DNA of 64,000 bases from Octopus vulgaris (GCA_951406725.2 OX597818.1:1984001-2048000), one strand, 5' to 3'. Positions 38,930 to 52,200 are shown, numbered from the stretch's first letter. The notes: generated from the sequence alone by a model not told the origin. Translations and numbers: made by a program.

Positions 38930-41785
38930 CGACCAAGTGTCCATATCCGGTGGGAGATGGGATGGTGGAGATTGCTTCCTGGAAACCATGGGTGGAAGAT
39001 TCGAGAAATATGCACGCAGTCTGGCGACATAGGTCGCCGGATCATGGGGCTGGGAAGTGTCTGGCACCAACATCGTACCAGGCAATGCCAGTGTGGTACC
39101 ATACAGCAGCTCTGCAGAAGAAAACCCCAGGTCTGCCTTGACAGCAGTCCGACAACTGAGAAGCACAATTGGCAGAAATTCAATCCAGGACTGTCGGTTT
39201 GAAGAGGCACGAAGAGCGGCCTTGAGCTGTCTATGGAACCGTTCAACTAATCCATTAGACGCTGGGTGATAGCTGGTAGTGTGGATATGATGCACACCTA
39301 AAATGCGCAACAATTCGCGAAATAGCGAAGCTTCAAACTGACGTCCACGATCAGTAGTCAATCGGGACGGGACTCCGAAACGGGAAATCCAGTTTGAAAC
39401 GAAAGCTCGCGCAACAGTCTCAGCAGAAATGTCTGCTATCGGAATGGCTTCTGGCCTGCGGGAGAAGTGATCGACACAAGTTAACAGATAAGAAAACCCG
39501 CGACTCACAGGCCATGGTCCAACCAGATCGATGTGGATATGGCGAAAACGGGCCTCCGTAGGGGGAAAATGTTCAAGCGGGGCACGAACGTGCCGTTGAA
39601 TCTTGGACCGTTGACACTTGGAGCAGGTGCGTGTCCAAGAAGTAATAGTGCGACGCATATTCGGCCAGAAAAACCGAGCAGTGATTAGTTTAAGGGTGGC
39701 AGCGATGCCAGGATGTGATAAGGAGTGCAGTGCTTCAAACACTGAGCGTTGATGATTCTCAGGCACGAGTGGCCTGGGAGAACCAGTGGAAGTATCACAA
39801 AGAATTGTGCCTTCGGCTGACGGAAGCGGAAGGTAGGAAAACTGGCAACAGGAGAACTTGGGAGAAGTTAAGTCTAACGACGCCAAAGGTGGCTGCTCCT
39901 GCGAGATGGCAGTTAAGTCGATAGCAGCAGGAGACGAAAGGGCGCAGACTGGAAGGCGAGAGAGAGCGTCAGCAGGAACGTTCTCTTTTCCAGGTATGTG
40001 TCGAATGTTACTAGTGAATTGAGAGATAAAATCCAGGTGCCGGAAAGCACGAGGTGGGAGTTTGTCCGTTTTTGAACACAGGGCAAACGTAAGGGGCTTG
40101 TGATCCGTGTAGATCACAAAATCTCGCCCTTCAAGTTGATGCTGGAAATGACGAACCGATAGATAGATCGCTAGGAGCTCACGATCAAAGGTGCTGTATC
40201 GTCGTTCAGCTGGTTGCAGTTGGCGGGAAAAGAAAGCCAGAGGTCGAATATGATCATCCACTGTGTGTTGTTATAACAGCGCCAATCGCAGTGTCCGATG
40301 CGTCTACAGTCAAAGAGAGAGAAGCACCAGGAACCGGATGTGCAAGCAAAGAAACAGAAGCCAGCTCCTTCTGAATGGACTCAAAGGCTGTCACTGCCTC
40401 AACAGAGAGGGTGACTTGACCGTCCTTTCTAGGAGTGTCCTTTAATAGCCTGGTGAGAGGTAGTAGCTTATCTGCACAACCGGGAATAAAACGTCTGTAG
40501 AAATTGATCATCCCTAGATAATGCCTGAGCTGGCGCAAGGAAGTGGGGGTGCGATGCGTTGAATGGCATCGACCTTTGACGACAGAGGGCTGATTCCACT
40601 CGAATCAATATGATGGCCTAGAAAATCTAGGGAAGAGCGTCCGAAAACACACTTGTCGGGATTTATACGTATACTATAAGCACAAAGACGCTGAAAAAGC
40701 TGAGAAAGGTGCTGGAGATGATTTTCACGTGTGTCGCTCGCAATGAGTATATCATCGACATAGGCAAACACAAAATCAAGACCGCGGACAACCTCATCAA
40801 TGAAACGCTGGAAAGTGCTAGTAGCATTCCGCAAACCGAAACTCATATACAAAAACTCAAAACACCCAAAAGGGGTAGTGATCGCAGTTTTCGGAACGTC
40901 GGCTGGGTTGACCGGTATTTGATGGTACGCGCGTATAAGGTCGACCTTCGAAAAAATGGTACAACCATGAAGATTTGCCGTAAAGTCCTGTAGATTTCTG
41001 ATTGGATATCTGTCGGCTATTGTCACGGCATTGAGGCGTCGATAGTCTCCAACCGGGCGAAAATCAGACTCGCCCTTTTGCGCCAAATGAAGGGGAGACG
41101 CCCATGGGCTGGTGGAGGGGCGTATAAGACCAAGTTGAAGCATGTGCTCAAACTCGGCCCTGGCCGTTTTTAGTCGGTCAGGCGCAAGGCGCCGTGGGCG
41201 CGAAAATACAGGCGGCTCAGTGGTGGTGATAAAATGGAGTGTCGAGTCGGTAGGCTTTTCCGGTTGAAAGGCAATGTCCACTAGCTCCGGAAATGAAGCC
41301 AAAAGAGAGTGAAAAGCGTCTCCAGAGGTGGCAACAAAGTATGTCGGGCTAAGGACCGCATTGGTGGAACTCCCAGTCGGCGTAGAGACAGACGTCGTGC
41401 TATCAAGAAGCCTCCGACGCCTGACATCCACCAATAGATTAAACTTATCCAAGAAATCAGCGCCGAGAATAGGATGCGGGATGTCAGCGATGACGAAAAC
41501 CCATTGAAAATCTCGACGAAGGTTGATGTCGAGGCGCAGCGAAATCTGACCGAAGGTGGTTATGGGAGACGAGTCAATGGCATGCAAGACAATTGAAGAG
41601 CGCTTGGGCTTGTCTGCAGCCAGACGAAGGGGCCAGATGCTGCAACAAGAGCCGGTGTCCACCATGAAGAATTTCTTCGACACAAAGAATGCACGATTTT
41701 GGGGAAACGAGAAGGAAGAAGGTGACGTGCTCACCTCCTCCGGATTTAGTTTTCCGAGGGCTGGAAAGTGCGCGGCTGGGTACAC
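38930..41785 (-). pseudogene. Gypsy pol (protease, RT, RNase H, integrase), frameshifted
   Basis: [73 protein letters not shown]. Confidence 0.92.
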
Positions 41786-42431
41786 CGTTCTGCCTTTTCG
41801 GCAGAGCCACTGCGACTACGACTGCGTGGTCGGCGCCCGATTTCACGGCACAGATCATCGATTCGCCGCGTGAGCGCATCGAGCCGCTCGGCTAATGAAT
41901 TTTGCGTCGGAGAAACTGTCGGAGGGGCTCTATACATGCGCACAGGCCTCGCGATGGAGATGGATTCGGAAATTCCAATATTTTATCGGCCATCGTGGCA
42001 ATCTGGTCTACTGACACAGACTCCAGTACCGTGGCCAACATTGTCTGCACGTGGGCAGGCAACCTGGAGAAGAAAATCCTCCGTAAGAGCGGCGCGTCCG
42101 CTGCGTTCCCGCTCAGCTCCCGTAGGTGGCGCAAGAACTGGGATGGAGTCCTGTATCCCAACAGTTCCTCGGCCATCAGCTCCTTAAAATTACTCTCCTC
42201 CGACCGCGTGTTGCGGCGGCGGATTTCGGCTTTCACGGACGCGTATGTCGCGTCCGGGTGGGGACTTATTATGAGATCCCTGATCGATGCGGCGAGTCGG
42301 GGATGTAAACTTGAATATAGCAGATGCAACTGCTGCTGTGGAGGAACGGCATGTGCGTCAAAATGCCACTCCACCTGGGCAAACCACAGACCCACATCCC
42401 CTGTGAAGGAAGGCAAACCTGATGCAGCCAT
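41746..42431 (-). pseudogene. Gypsy gag, frameshifted
   Basis: LPSFTGDVGLWFAQVE..LGYRTPSQFLRHLRELS..LPAHVQTML..MADKILE. Confidence 0.8.
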
Positions 42432-42803
42432 GTTTTTGTTCGGGACGACTCTGTCAAGGGGCCACTTGTTTCTCCCTATAAAGGACCTTTCCGTGTGCTT
42501 TCTCGCACACCAAAGGTTTTCACTATTGAAATAAATGGTCATTCGGAGACCGTTTCCGTAGACCGATTAAAGAAAGCATACTTTGAGACGTCTTCATCTT
42601 TTGATGACAACCTTGCCACACCCACCTATGCACCTTTAACAACACCTTCACCTGCACAAACACCTTCACCTGCACAGACACCTTTGCTTTCACCGGCTCC
42701 TACAACACCACCCTCGCCGTCAACGGGGAATACACCGTATATTACAAGATCGGGCAGAACAGTGCATTGGCCCAAGAAACTTTCAAGGACAATCTATATT
42801 TAA
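42427..42803 (+). pseudogene. Gypsy integrase C-terminal (GPY/F) segment in opposite orientation
   Basis: SHVFVRDDSVKGPLVSPYKGPFRVL..VSVDRLKKAY..TRSGRTV. Confidence 0.85.
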
Positions 42804-42937
42804 CTTTCTTTCAAATTTCTTGTTTTTTGTATGATATTATGTACCGAATCTTCTGGGGGATCGGCAAGCCATCTGTTTTTCTGCAGCACCACTACAAATT
42901 TTCTTGTTTTCGTACTTCCGCACTCGAGGGGGAGCCA

Positions 42938-43353
42938 TGTAGTGATGCTACTGTGTAAGGTTCAGCGCGCATGCGCAGAATGGGACTACTTCCGGGTGGC
43001 CACCGGAAGTCTTCTCCATGCGCATGTGCGGGAAACTGAGCCCCTAGGGCACACTCACTCATTCATCCTCTCTGGCCGTTTCAGCCATCGTGAACAGACG
43101 TGCATTTGGTAGTCTCTGATAACTACAACGACTCAGCAGCGAACGACATCGAACCACTTCAACCAACGAACAAGAAGCTGTACAACAGATTCGGCTGTCG
43201 TTTCCCTTCAGAGATACGTACACCATCACGATTAATAAACAAACTGCTGTCTTTCACCGATAACCTGACTTCGTCTGTTATATCTAACTAAATTGTATGT
43301 GACGGGATCGGATCGACACCCCTTCAGTGATACCGATTCCAGATACTGTTACA
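42938..43353 (+). repeat. Gypsy LTR (TG..CA, ~416 bp)
   Basis: Inverted, slightly diverged copy of 38445-38861. Confidence 0.9.
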
Positions 43354-43699
43354 CAGTAAGGCATAGTTATTCGCCACACACAAACTCTACGCATACACAC
43401 ACGAACACACACATACACACACACACACACTACAAACAAAACACACACAATACATATACATACACGCACACACACACATAATTCAATCTAGCAGTACTCT
43501 CACTGACCATGGGTAGACACAAGAGCTACTCCTAATTCCTTCTTCCTTGACCTTAAACAATACTAAGCCCTACAACACACATAGATTTACAGCCACAACC
43601 ACATACACACACACGCACACACACACACGTGTTATCATTGCACACATACACACATACACACACACGCACACGCAGACCTTCGCGCACGCACATATCCAC

Positions 43700-43953
43700 A
43701 CTTACACACACATACCTCCTCTTGCACTCTCCTGTCTTTGAAAGAACTTTTCTTCACCCATTTCCTTCCGGTCATTCAAAATGTGACCGCGTGTGTACCG
43801 TCTTCCCTTCTCTGGATCTTTCCTTTTCCTATATTTCTGACGAAGAGCTCCGCTCGAAAGGTAAAATCCTCCTGCTTCCCTTCCTTCCTGAGCGTCCAAT
43901 AATACTATATTTGTTCCACGTCCTCGCGTTGTTGCGTTTTCATGTTTGGATTA

Positions 43954-43958
<5 letters not shown>
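43700..43958 (+). mobile_element. PLE-derived repeat with a minimal hammerhead remnant (43833-43867)
   Basis: ATTT-CTGACGA-AGAGCTCCGCTC-GAAA-GGTA-AAAT; stem III C-to-G change likely disables it. Confidence 0.6.
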
Positions 43959-44008
<50 letters not shown>

Positions 44009-44010
<2 letters not shown>

Positions 44011-44172
44011 GACGGGCTTCTTTCAGTTTCTGTCTACCAAATCCACTCACAAGGCTTTGGTCGGTCCGAGGTTATAGTAGAAGACGTTCATCCAAGGCGC
44101 CACGCTGTGGAACTGAACTCAGAACTATGTGGATGGTAAGCAAGCTACTTACCACACAGCCATTCCTGCGTC
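44009..44172 (-). mobile_element. CORE-type tRNA-derived SINE
   Basis: Minus strand TGGCTGTGTGGTAAG (A-box-like), GAGTTCAGTTCC (B-box-like), GTGGCGCCTTGGATGAAC CORE-like segment. Confidence 0.75.
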
Positions 44173-44759
44173 TATATTTAGAGTTTTTGAAAATTTCATT
44201 AATTATTATTCTAACGAATCTAATAAAGTTAAATTTTAAATGTCTGGCAAAAGGGATTATAATCCAAGTAGTATTATTGTTGTTTGCTTTATTAAAAGTT
44301 TGAGTTGTGTTTAGAGGGTCAGCTATTCTCATACAAGGTATTGGTTTCTTTTTTGCTATTTTATTCTCATCCTTATTAATTTGAGCACTATGGCTATGCA
44401 TGTTGTTGAAATTATTTGGCGTGTTTAGATGTTTTTTCTGTTTATTGGCTTAATGTTCCTATTTTTATCTTTAATTATACAGTTGTGGTGTTTGTTGTCG
44501 ATATTCCTAGGTTTATTTATATTAGTTCGGTTAGGAAGGTGGTAATTACTAAAAATTTTTTTTTTTTTTCCTTAGTTAAATTTCAGTTGTGGTGCTCGTA
44601 TTGGTTGTATTTTTCAGTATCGTTATTGTAGTGATAATTATCGTGTTTTTTGTTGATGTTATGTTTATGACTCTTATTGAGAGTTTTCATTTGTATGTTT
44701 ATTAGAGTGTACTAATTCATCAGATGACTTGGATTCACTAATATTATCTATGTTTGTTT

Positions 44760-45472
44760 CATAATATATAATGAAATTATTGTATACAGTGCTCAGGTGC
44801 ACCACAACTTGTCAGAAAGTGCATATAAAGTACATGCAGTAATGTAGAAATGTCTGGAAAGCGAACAATGTATGAGTCAGATACATGCTTGTGTGTGTAT
44901 GGAGGGGAGAAAATCAAGTGTAGTGTTGGCGAATCTCAGGAAGCATGGAAGTTTTGAAGGATGCAGTGCTCCGACAACTAACAACTGATGCCGGAAGTTT
45001 GTTCCATGCTTCAGCAACTCTCAGCGGGAAAAAATGTTTCCTGAAGTCATGGGAGCTGTGCTGTTTTCTTACTTTGTAAATATGTCCACGGGTGTTAGAT
45101 GGGTGGAGTTTGAAAAGGTGCTCAGAGTTATTGTTTGTACGATGGTTGATAATTTTATGGGTGTCTGCCAAGTCAGCTGCCAGATGTCGGAGTTTCAATG
45201 TGTCCATGCCCAGGGAAGTAAGGATATGGCAAATGCCTGATGGAGGGTATTCTTTTGGTTGCACGTCGCTGAACAGCTTCCAGACGATTGATATCCTGGG
45301 CAAGATAGGGGTTCCAGACCGGTGATGCAAATTCCAGGTGTGGTCTTACCATAGCTATATAAAGCCGCAGATAGATAGCCGGAGAGCGGCTCACAAAGGA
45401 TTTGGTGAGTGATGCCAAGATACCCTCAGCCTTCTTGACAATTTTAGCGATGTGTTTTGTCCAACGCAAATC
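44760..45472 (-). mobile_element. CR1 LINE 3' fragment inserted into a PLE relic
   Basis: MVRPHLEFASPVWNPY..LEAVQRRATK, NTRGHIYKV..FFPLRVAEAWNKLP. Confidence 0.85.
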
Positions 45473-45950
45473 ATGATTATGTTTGATATGATTAGTACTA
45501 TTGTTGTCGTTTTTATTATACTTAATTTCATATTTGTATTCCGCCTTCTTAAGTGCCATGTTATAATAGTCCTTATGTTTGTTAAATATTTCCTCGTTAG
45601 ATGAAAGTACATTTATTCTTCTCTCTATGTTAGTGGTCAGGTTTTCTATAATGTTATATGGGTGATTGCTTTGCAAATTTATGTATGTAATGTTGGTGTT
45701 AGGTTTATAGTAAGGTTAGTGGGTAGAAGTATTAAGGTTGAAGTTGATGTCTAGGGAGATAACATAGTTGTTATCGTTCTCAATGGCAATAGATAGTTCT
45801 TGGTTTTCAAAAACAAGTATGTAGTCTTTTTTTTTTTTTTTGTAGAGTTCTAGTTTTCTATTAGAAGTGTTCCTAACTAAGAATAGAGCATCGTCCCGTG
45901 ATAATCCACGTTCTAATTCAGGGGATTCTTCTTTAAATTTGTACGGTATA
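45473..45950 (-). pseudogene. PLE RT C-terminal/thumb remnant
   Basis: RDDALF, LDINFNL, PYYKPN..YINLQSNHPYNII..IERRINVLSSNEEIF..YNMALKK. Confidence 0.75.
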
Positions 45951-45964
45951 TATAAATTAGTGCA

Positions 45965-46023
<59 letters not shown>

Positions 46024-47281
46024 CATGTACATATATATATGAGTTTGTGTGTGTGTATGTATTATTGTGTGCATGTTTGTCTGTGTGTGTGTATGTGTTT
46101 TATATATATACACAAACATATATCTCATGTTTGTGTGTATATACGTATGTATGTATGCATGCATACATACATACATACAGTTGAAAACTCCTTCCCCCAC
46201 ACCGTGACAAAGAACCCTGTAGCTTCGATTTTCAACTCTGTATAAACCAAATTAGCATACCCCAGTGCACCTATTTGGCAATATGTATCTGTGGAATCAC
46301 ACTGGAAGACAACTGAGTATGATCTAGCATCTGTACAGTAGTTTCTCATATTCACTTCCACTGGCATGAAAAAGTTTTGGAAGCTATTTGAGAACACAGT
46401 TAACAGCATATATCCGAATTGCATCCCAAAGAGATCTTTGAACGAAGCTAGATGCGGTCGCCAAGTGAGAGAGAAAAGAAAACGTGAGAAAACTGTCGAC
46501 TAAAACATAGCGACGGCCACTTTTCAAAGGCAATATCTACAATAGAGTCGGTAAAACCGGAACAATACGAGATCTTCCAATAATAACCAAAGGCCGCCTG
46601 TTAAAAACTGAGCCACTGGAGAAAAAAAAACATTGAACGCACTCGTAAAGTCTTTTATTCTCTACTAAAAACATAGTGCTACAGTTTCATCCAACGGCCA
46701 AATGATTGATGGACAAAAAATCCTTCACGATGATGCTGAAGAAATAAGAGAGATTCTACAGAAGCAATACTGCTCTGTTTTCGTTGCTTTTAATTGGTAT
46801 GATCGACCCATGTAGTATCGCTGAAATAAATCCTTAGATATCTTTACTAATATAACATTCGGCGGAATTCCTTGCAGCAATTAATAACATTAAATTCAGT
46901 TCACTCGCTAGTGTCTTGAACGATTGTCAACAACAAATGACACAATGTTGACCTCTAACGACTCTGCCCATCGAATTCTTTCGTGTGTACGTATGTATAA
47001 ATATCCTGATTGCTACAAAACTGGCAAGTTATAAGGGAGACAAATCGTCTTGCCTAAATGTCTTCTTTTCAAATACAAGACAATGTATTATATGAATTAT
47101 TTCCCTTCTATGGAATTTTAAATTGGGAATTAATTTTTACTTTCTCTTCCGTAACATAACGTGTGTTGATGCGTAGGTTTATACAAACATAGTATAATGT
47201 AAGAATTGTTAAATAAACTGAAATATAATTTACATAGCTCAAAGGCTATCTATGATATACATGTGTGTGTGTGTGTAGATG

Positions 47282-47326
<45 letters not shown>

Positions 47327-47327
47327 G

Positions 47328-47402
<75 letters not shown>

Positions 47403-47469
47403 TGGAGAGAGAGAGAGAGAAAGAGAGAGAGAGGGGGGAACAAAGTATACGTTCGTCGCTATATATATA

Positions 47470-47686
47470 TAAAACAAAATACAAAATGGGACAAGAACGC
47501 AAAACATCCGGACAACAAAAAGGGACAACGGGCTGGCCAGATTGGAGCAATCTCAAGATTAATCAGCCGAAATTGCGAGGATGATCCGGTTCTTGACTGA
47601 AGATTGAAGGCTTCAAATGTCCCGTCCGTGTTTTTTGTATCGTCTTCTAAATGTTTTGCGTTCTCGTCCCAGTTTGTGTTTTTTTA
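47470..47686. mobile_element. short hairpin/MITE-like element in a TA tract
   Basis: GGGACAAGAACGCAAAACAT ... ATGTTTTGCGTTCTCGTCCC imperfect inverted ends. Confidence 0.55.
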
Positions 47687-47695
47687 CATATACAT

Positions 47696-48301
47696 ATGGT
47701 AGACGCCCAGGAAGAAAACTCCAGTGAGAAACCTGCCCGGGAGATAAACCCAAGTGCGGGTGCTCCTACCGGCACCAAAAGCCATGGACATGGAGATGAA
47801 AGAACCAAAAAAGGAGGAAAAACTAAAACTAAAACTCAGGCAAAATCAAAAAACGAAACAGCCAAAGATAGAAGCAAACCTAACTATCCATATGCCAAAA
47901 AGGATGGAAACAAGCAGCGCACACGGGTATGTAGGTTCTACCTGAGAGGTGCCTGCCGGCATGGAGAGGAAGGTGCAGGCTGCCGTTTTGCACATCCGGG
48001 ACCCTGCCGCAGAAACCAACCACCGAAAGGAAAAGGGATGGACCACGCACCACCTGCTCCAAAACGGAGGTACGCAGATGTGGTGCGTGTCACAAACCGC
48101 CAACGTGTTGTTGAAAGGGCAGCTGCTGAGCAAGAATCTTTTTTGTGCATGGCACAAAAGATTGTACAGCAGCTAACCTGGCTCCATCAAACTCAAGATC
48201 GCAGATGGGACTACCCACAGTTCACAAGACCACCACAGCAGATGGACCCAGGGTGGACACCACCGGCAACAGCATACACCTCACCTCGATGCTCCTACTG
48301 A
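47696..48301 (+). CDS. LINE ORF1 (possibly 5'-truncated) with CCCH zinc finger
   Basis: Open frame with C-x7-C-x8-C-x3-H, overlapping the start of the APE frame. Confidence 0.55.
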   Translation: MVDAQEENSSEKPAREINPSAGAPTGTKSHGHGDERTKKGGKTKTKTQAKSKNETAKDRSKPNYPYAKKDGNKQRTRVCRFYLRGACRHGEEGAGCRFAHPGPCRRNQPPKGKGMDHAPPAPKRRYADVVRVTNRQRVVERAAAEQESFLCMAQKIVQQLTWLHQTQDRRWDYPQFTRPPQQMDPGWTPPATAYTSPRCSY

Positions 48302-51286
48302 ACATTAGAGGACTACTAACACACAGTAACAGGACAAAAGTCCCGTTCTTGAAAGACTTTGTTGCATGCAATCAAGCCTTATGCATAGCACTTACGGAAA
48401 CACACCTGAAACCGGACATAGCGGATGCGGAATTACACATACCACAGTATGTTGTACTACGGACCGACAGAAAAGAAAGGAGTCATGGAGGAGTTGCTAT
48501 GTACATCCGTGAGGACCTCACACCCCAGGTCCTTTTGTCATACTCAAACTCGGTGTGTGACACACTAATTGTACATGTAAGGCAACTTGGTGTAGTTGTG
48601 TGTGCTACATATCGCCCTCCAGATGCCCCAAGCCATATGGGCAAGTTTGAAGACTGCCTTATAAAAATAGAAGATCTAGTCACACTAGAACAGCACATAA
48701 GTGTACTTCTCATGGGAGACTTCAACCTACCCAATGTCAGATGGCCCGAGGGCCTTTCTCTCCCAGCAATGACACGATGTGAACGGGGACAGGCGAGGTC
48801 CCTCCTGAACCTCATCAACACCCTGTACATGGAGCAAGTAATACTCCAACCAACCAGGGCAGGTAACACACTGGACCTCTGCTTCACAAATAATATGGAT
48901 CTCATCCATAATGTGAAAGTGACACCGACACTACTCTCGGATCACAACATGGTAGAGCTGACTATGTACGGGCCAAAGGAAAGCATGGACATGCAGCCTA
49001 CAAGAAGCTCTCAGAATCTTTCCAGCTTGAACTTCAATAAGGCAAACTGGAAACAAATTAAGAAAAAGATCCTCAAACAAAACTGGCCTGAATGTCTCTC
49101 CTCGCCGGACATCGACATGTAACTTCAACAATTCATGTCTGTAATGCAAGCCATATGCTACAAATGTGTCCCAGAGAGAAAGGCCACTGTACACAAGAAC
49201 AAAATCCCCAGAGAGAGGAAAATTTTAATGAGACGGCGTACAAAAATTTCAAATCGCCTAAACAAACAAATTGAAAGCAGTGAAAAGTCCCGCCTGAAAA
49301 TAAAACTGTTGGAAATTGAAAAATGTCTGCAACTCTCCCATGAAATGGAGAGCAGACAAAGAAGCCTGGGCTATAGACAACATAAAAACTAACCCCAGAT
49401 CTTTCTACAGGTATGCCAAAGAAACAGCTACGGTGCACTGTAGGATAGGGCCACTCCTTGAAAAGGATGGCACACTCACAGGAAAACCAATGAGAGTAAG
49501 TGAAATACTGAATGAGCAATTCAAGAGTGTTTTCACTCCACCCCTTGGGCATTTCCAAATCACCAATCCAACTGACTTCTTTACCACTGCAGATATAAAA
49601 TCAGAGGCGGCGATGATAAATTACATCGATATAAAGGAAGACGATGTAATAAAGGCTATAGATGAAATGAAAACAGACTCAGCTATTGGCTCCGATGGAT
49701 TCCCGGCAATCCTCCTAAAAGTATGTAAGAGAGTCCTAGCAAGACCACTGCAGTTCCTCTTTCAGAGCTTCCTTGCAGCTGGCAAACTTCCAAGAAAACT
49801 GAAAGAAGGTAAAATATGCCCTATTCATAAAGGAGGTAGCAGAGCGAAGGCCAAGAACTACAGACCTATCTCTCTCACCTCATACATCAGCAAGGTCATG
49901 GAACGAATAGTCAGAAGGAAACTAATCACCTTCCTTGAAGAAAATGACTTGCTGCCTGACACCCAACATGGTTTCCGACCAGGAAGAAGCTGTTTAACTC
50001 AGCTCCTACAACACTATGACTGGGTGCTGAAACAACTGCTCAACCACTCAAATGTGGAAGTCATATATCTCGACTTTGCAAAGGCCTTTGATAAAGTCGA
50101 TCATGGAATGATATGTCACAAACTGCGTGATCTTAGCATAGTTGGAAAACTGGGAGAATGGCTTCATGACTTTCTGAAGAATAGAAGTCAGGTGTTCCGC
50201 AGGGCACTGTTTTGGGACCACTACTGTTCATAATGGCCCTCTCAGACATGCCCTCAGCCACGCAGAGAGCCACGATCACAAATTATGCAGATGATACAAA
50301 AGTCTCACAGGCAATACAGAACCCTGAAGACACTAAGCACCTGCAATGTGAGCTGGACGAAATATACAAGTGGGCTGAAAAGAATAGCATGCAGTTCAAT
50401 GCTGAAAAGTTTCAAGCTTTATACTATCAGCATGCAAAACTGAATGCAATACCCAATGAATACACTGGACCCGGAGGGATTGCAATCCCAGAGGCACAAT
50501 CAGTGCGTGACCTGGGTATTCAGATGAGTGATGACGCGACCTTTCATGTACATGTTGCTAAACTGACAATGAAATGTAGACGGCTGGCTGGATGGATTCT
50601 TAGAACCTTTAGAACAAGAAAACAAGAAACCATGATGGTCCTCTGGAAGACACTTGTCTTAAGCCACTTTGACTATTGCTCTCAGCTATGGTCACCATCC
50701 AGTGTCAAGTTGATCACAGAACTTGAGGCGATCCAACGAAGCTACACGAAGAAGATAGCCTCTGTGCAGCATATGAGCTACTGCGAAAGACTCAAGAGAT
50801 TAAAGCTCTATTCCCTGGAGCGTAGGCGAGAAAGATATGCCATAATATATCTGGAAGATCCTGGAAGGTCTTGTCCCAGACTTTGGCATCGAGAGTCACA
50901 CAAATGCCAGAACCGGACGCCACTGCGTAGTACCAAGGACTCCAAATTTGCCATCAAGATGTAGGACAAGATATTGTGATAGCCTGGGCTTCAGAGGCCC
51001 ACAGCTCTTCAATATCCTCCCGAAGAACCTGAGGGACCTGCATGGTGTAGATGCGGATGTCTTTAAACTAGGACTGGATCTCTTCCTGTCAGGTGTCCCG
51101 GATGAACCAACTTCGCGGCAGGAGGTGCAAATGAGGGCAGCTGCATCGAACTCTCTCATGCATCAGATGGCGTTTGCTAAAAAGCATCCGTGAGATAAAA
51201 TCGTGTAGCAAACCAAATGGCGGTGCCCCAGCATGGCCACAGCTCATTAGCTGAAACTGGAAAAATCAAAATCAAAATCAAAATCA
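47696..51286 (+). mobile_element. near full-length CR1-group LINE (ORF1 CCCH finger, APE, RT; disrupted), (AAAATC)n tail
   Basis: ORF1 CRFYLRGACRHG..CRFAH; APE LNIRGL, LTETHL, YRPP, MGDFN, LDLCF, SDH; RT YRPISLTS, QHGFRPGRSC, YLDFAKAFDKV, YADD; stop at 49120-49122 plus frameshifts. Confidence 0.92.
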
Positions 51287-51561
51287 TATATATATATTAG
51301 AAGAAATGAGGTAATCAGAAGATCGGATGGTTCATATTTATAGATATTTATTTATATATTACATTTTTTACATATATATATCATATCATTCAGATCATAT
51401 CATTCAGATTATTAGCACTTTCTCCCATTCTAGTGGGGTTTTCAAATCAAATTAATTTCTTTGTGGGGAATTTGATCATTTTATAGAGTTTCGTAGTAGT
51501 GGGGAGGAACAAGACAGTATAAGAGGGTGAGGTGGATGAGGAGGAAGTGAGAGAGAAAACA

Positions 51562-51570
51562 TGTGTGTAT

Positions 51571-51620
<50 letters not shown>

Positions 51621-51720
51621 TTGTATCTGAGGTTAAAGAGAAAGAGGGGAAGGGAGAGGGAAGAAGAAGAAGAAGAAGAAGAAGAAGAAGAAGAAGAAGA
51701 AGAAGAAGAAGAAGAAGAAG
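51562..51720. repeat. (GT)n and (GAA)n microsatellites
   Basis: Direct reading. Confidence 0.95.
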
Positions 51721-52154
51721 GATTTCCTTTGGCCTGTTGGACCCCCTAGAGAGTTCTAAGAATTTTAGCTCTCTGTCCATTCTGGTGTCACTGAGTGTGT
51801 GTTGGTGGGTAGGCTGGCCATAAATTACACCTTTTATGATTTTGAGGATGGTCAAATGCCATTTGGAGTCAAAGAACTACTTTGTATGATCGTTTTGTGG
51901 AGGTGTGTGTGTGTGTGTGTGTCTCTGTGTGTCCGTGTGTGTTTGTGTGCGTGTGTGTCTCTGTGTGTTTGGAGAAGGGGAGAGAGACAAAAAGAGAAAA
52001 GGGAAAATAAAAATAAAAATAGGTATAAAAATAAAAATAAAAATAAAAAATAAATAAAAATAAGGGAGGAAATGGAGAAGAAAAAATTTTTTTTGTGTGT
52101 TGATATTTATACCACTACATATATATACACACAGATTTATACATAAAATATTTG

Positions 52155-52200
<46 letters not shown>

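Larger units (their letters stand above)
38445..43353 (-). mobile_element. rearranged Ty3/Gypsy LTR retrotransposon bounded by two inverted 3' LTRs
   Basis: gag-pro-RT-RNH-IN on the minus strand; LTRs at 38445-38861 (-) and 42938-43353 (+), each preceded by the PPT GAGGGGGAGCCA. Confidence 0.9.

Noticed and set aside
51481-51855. Poly-Leu, poly-Arg and poly-Glu ORFs
   Set aside because: Products of (GAA)n and (GT)n repeats; only a weak PLE-like tail similarity nearby
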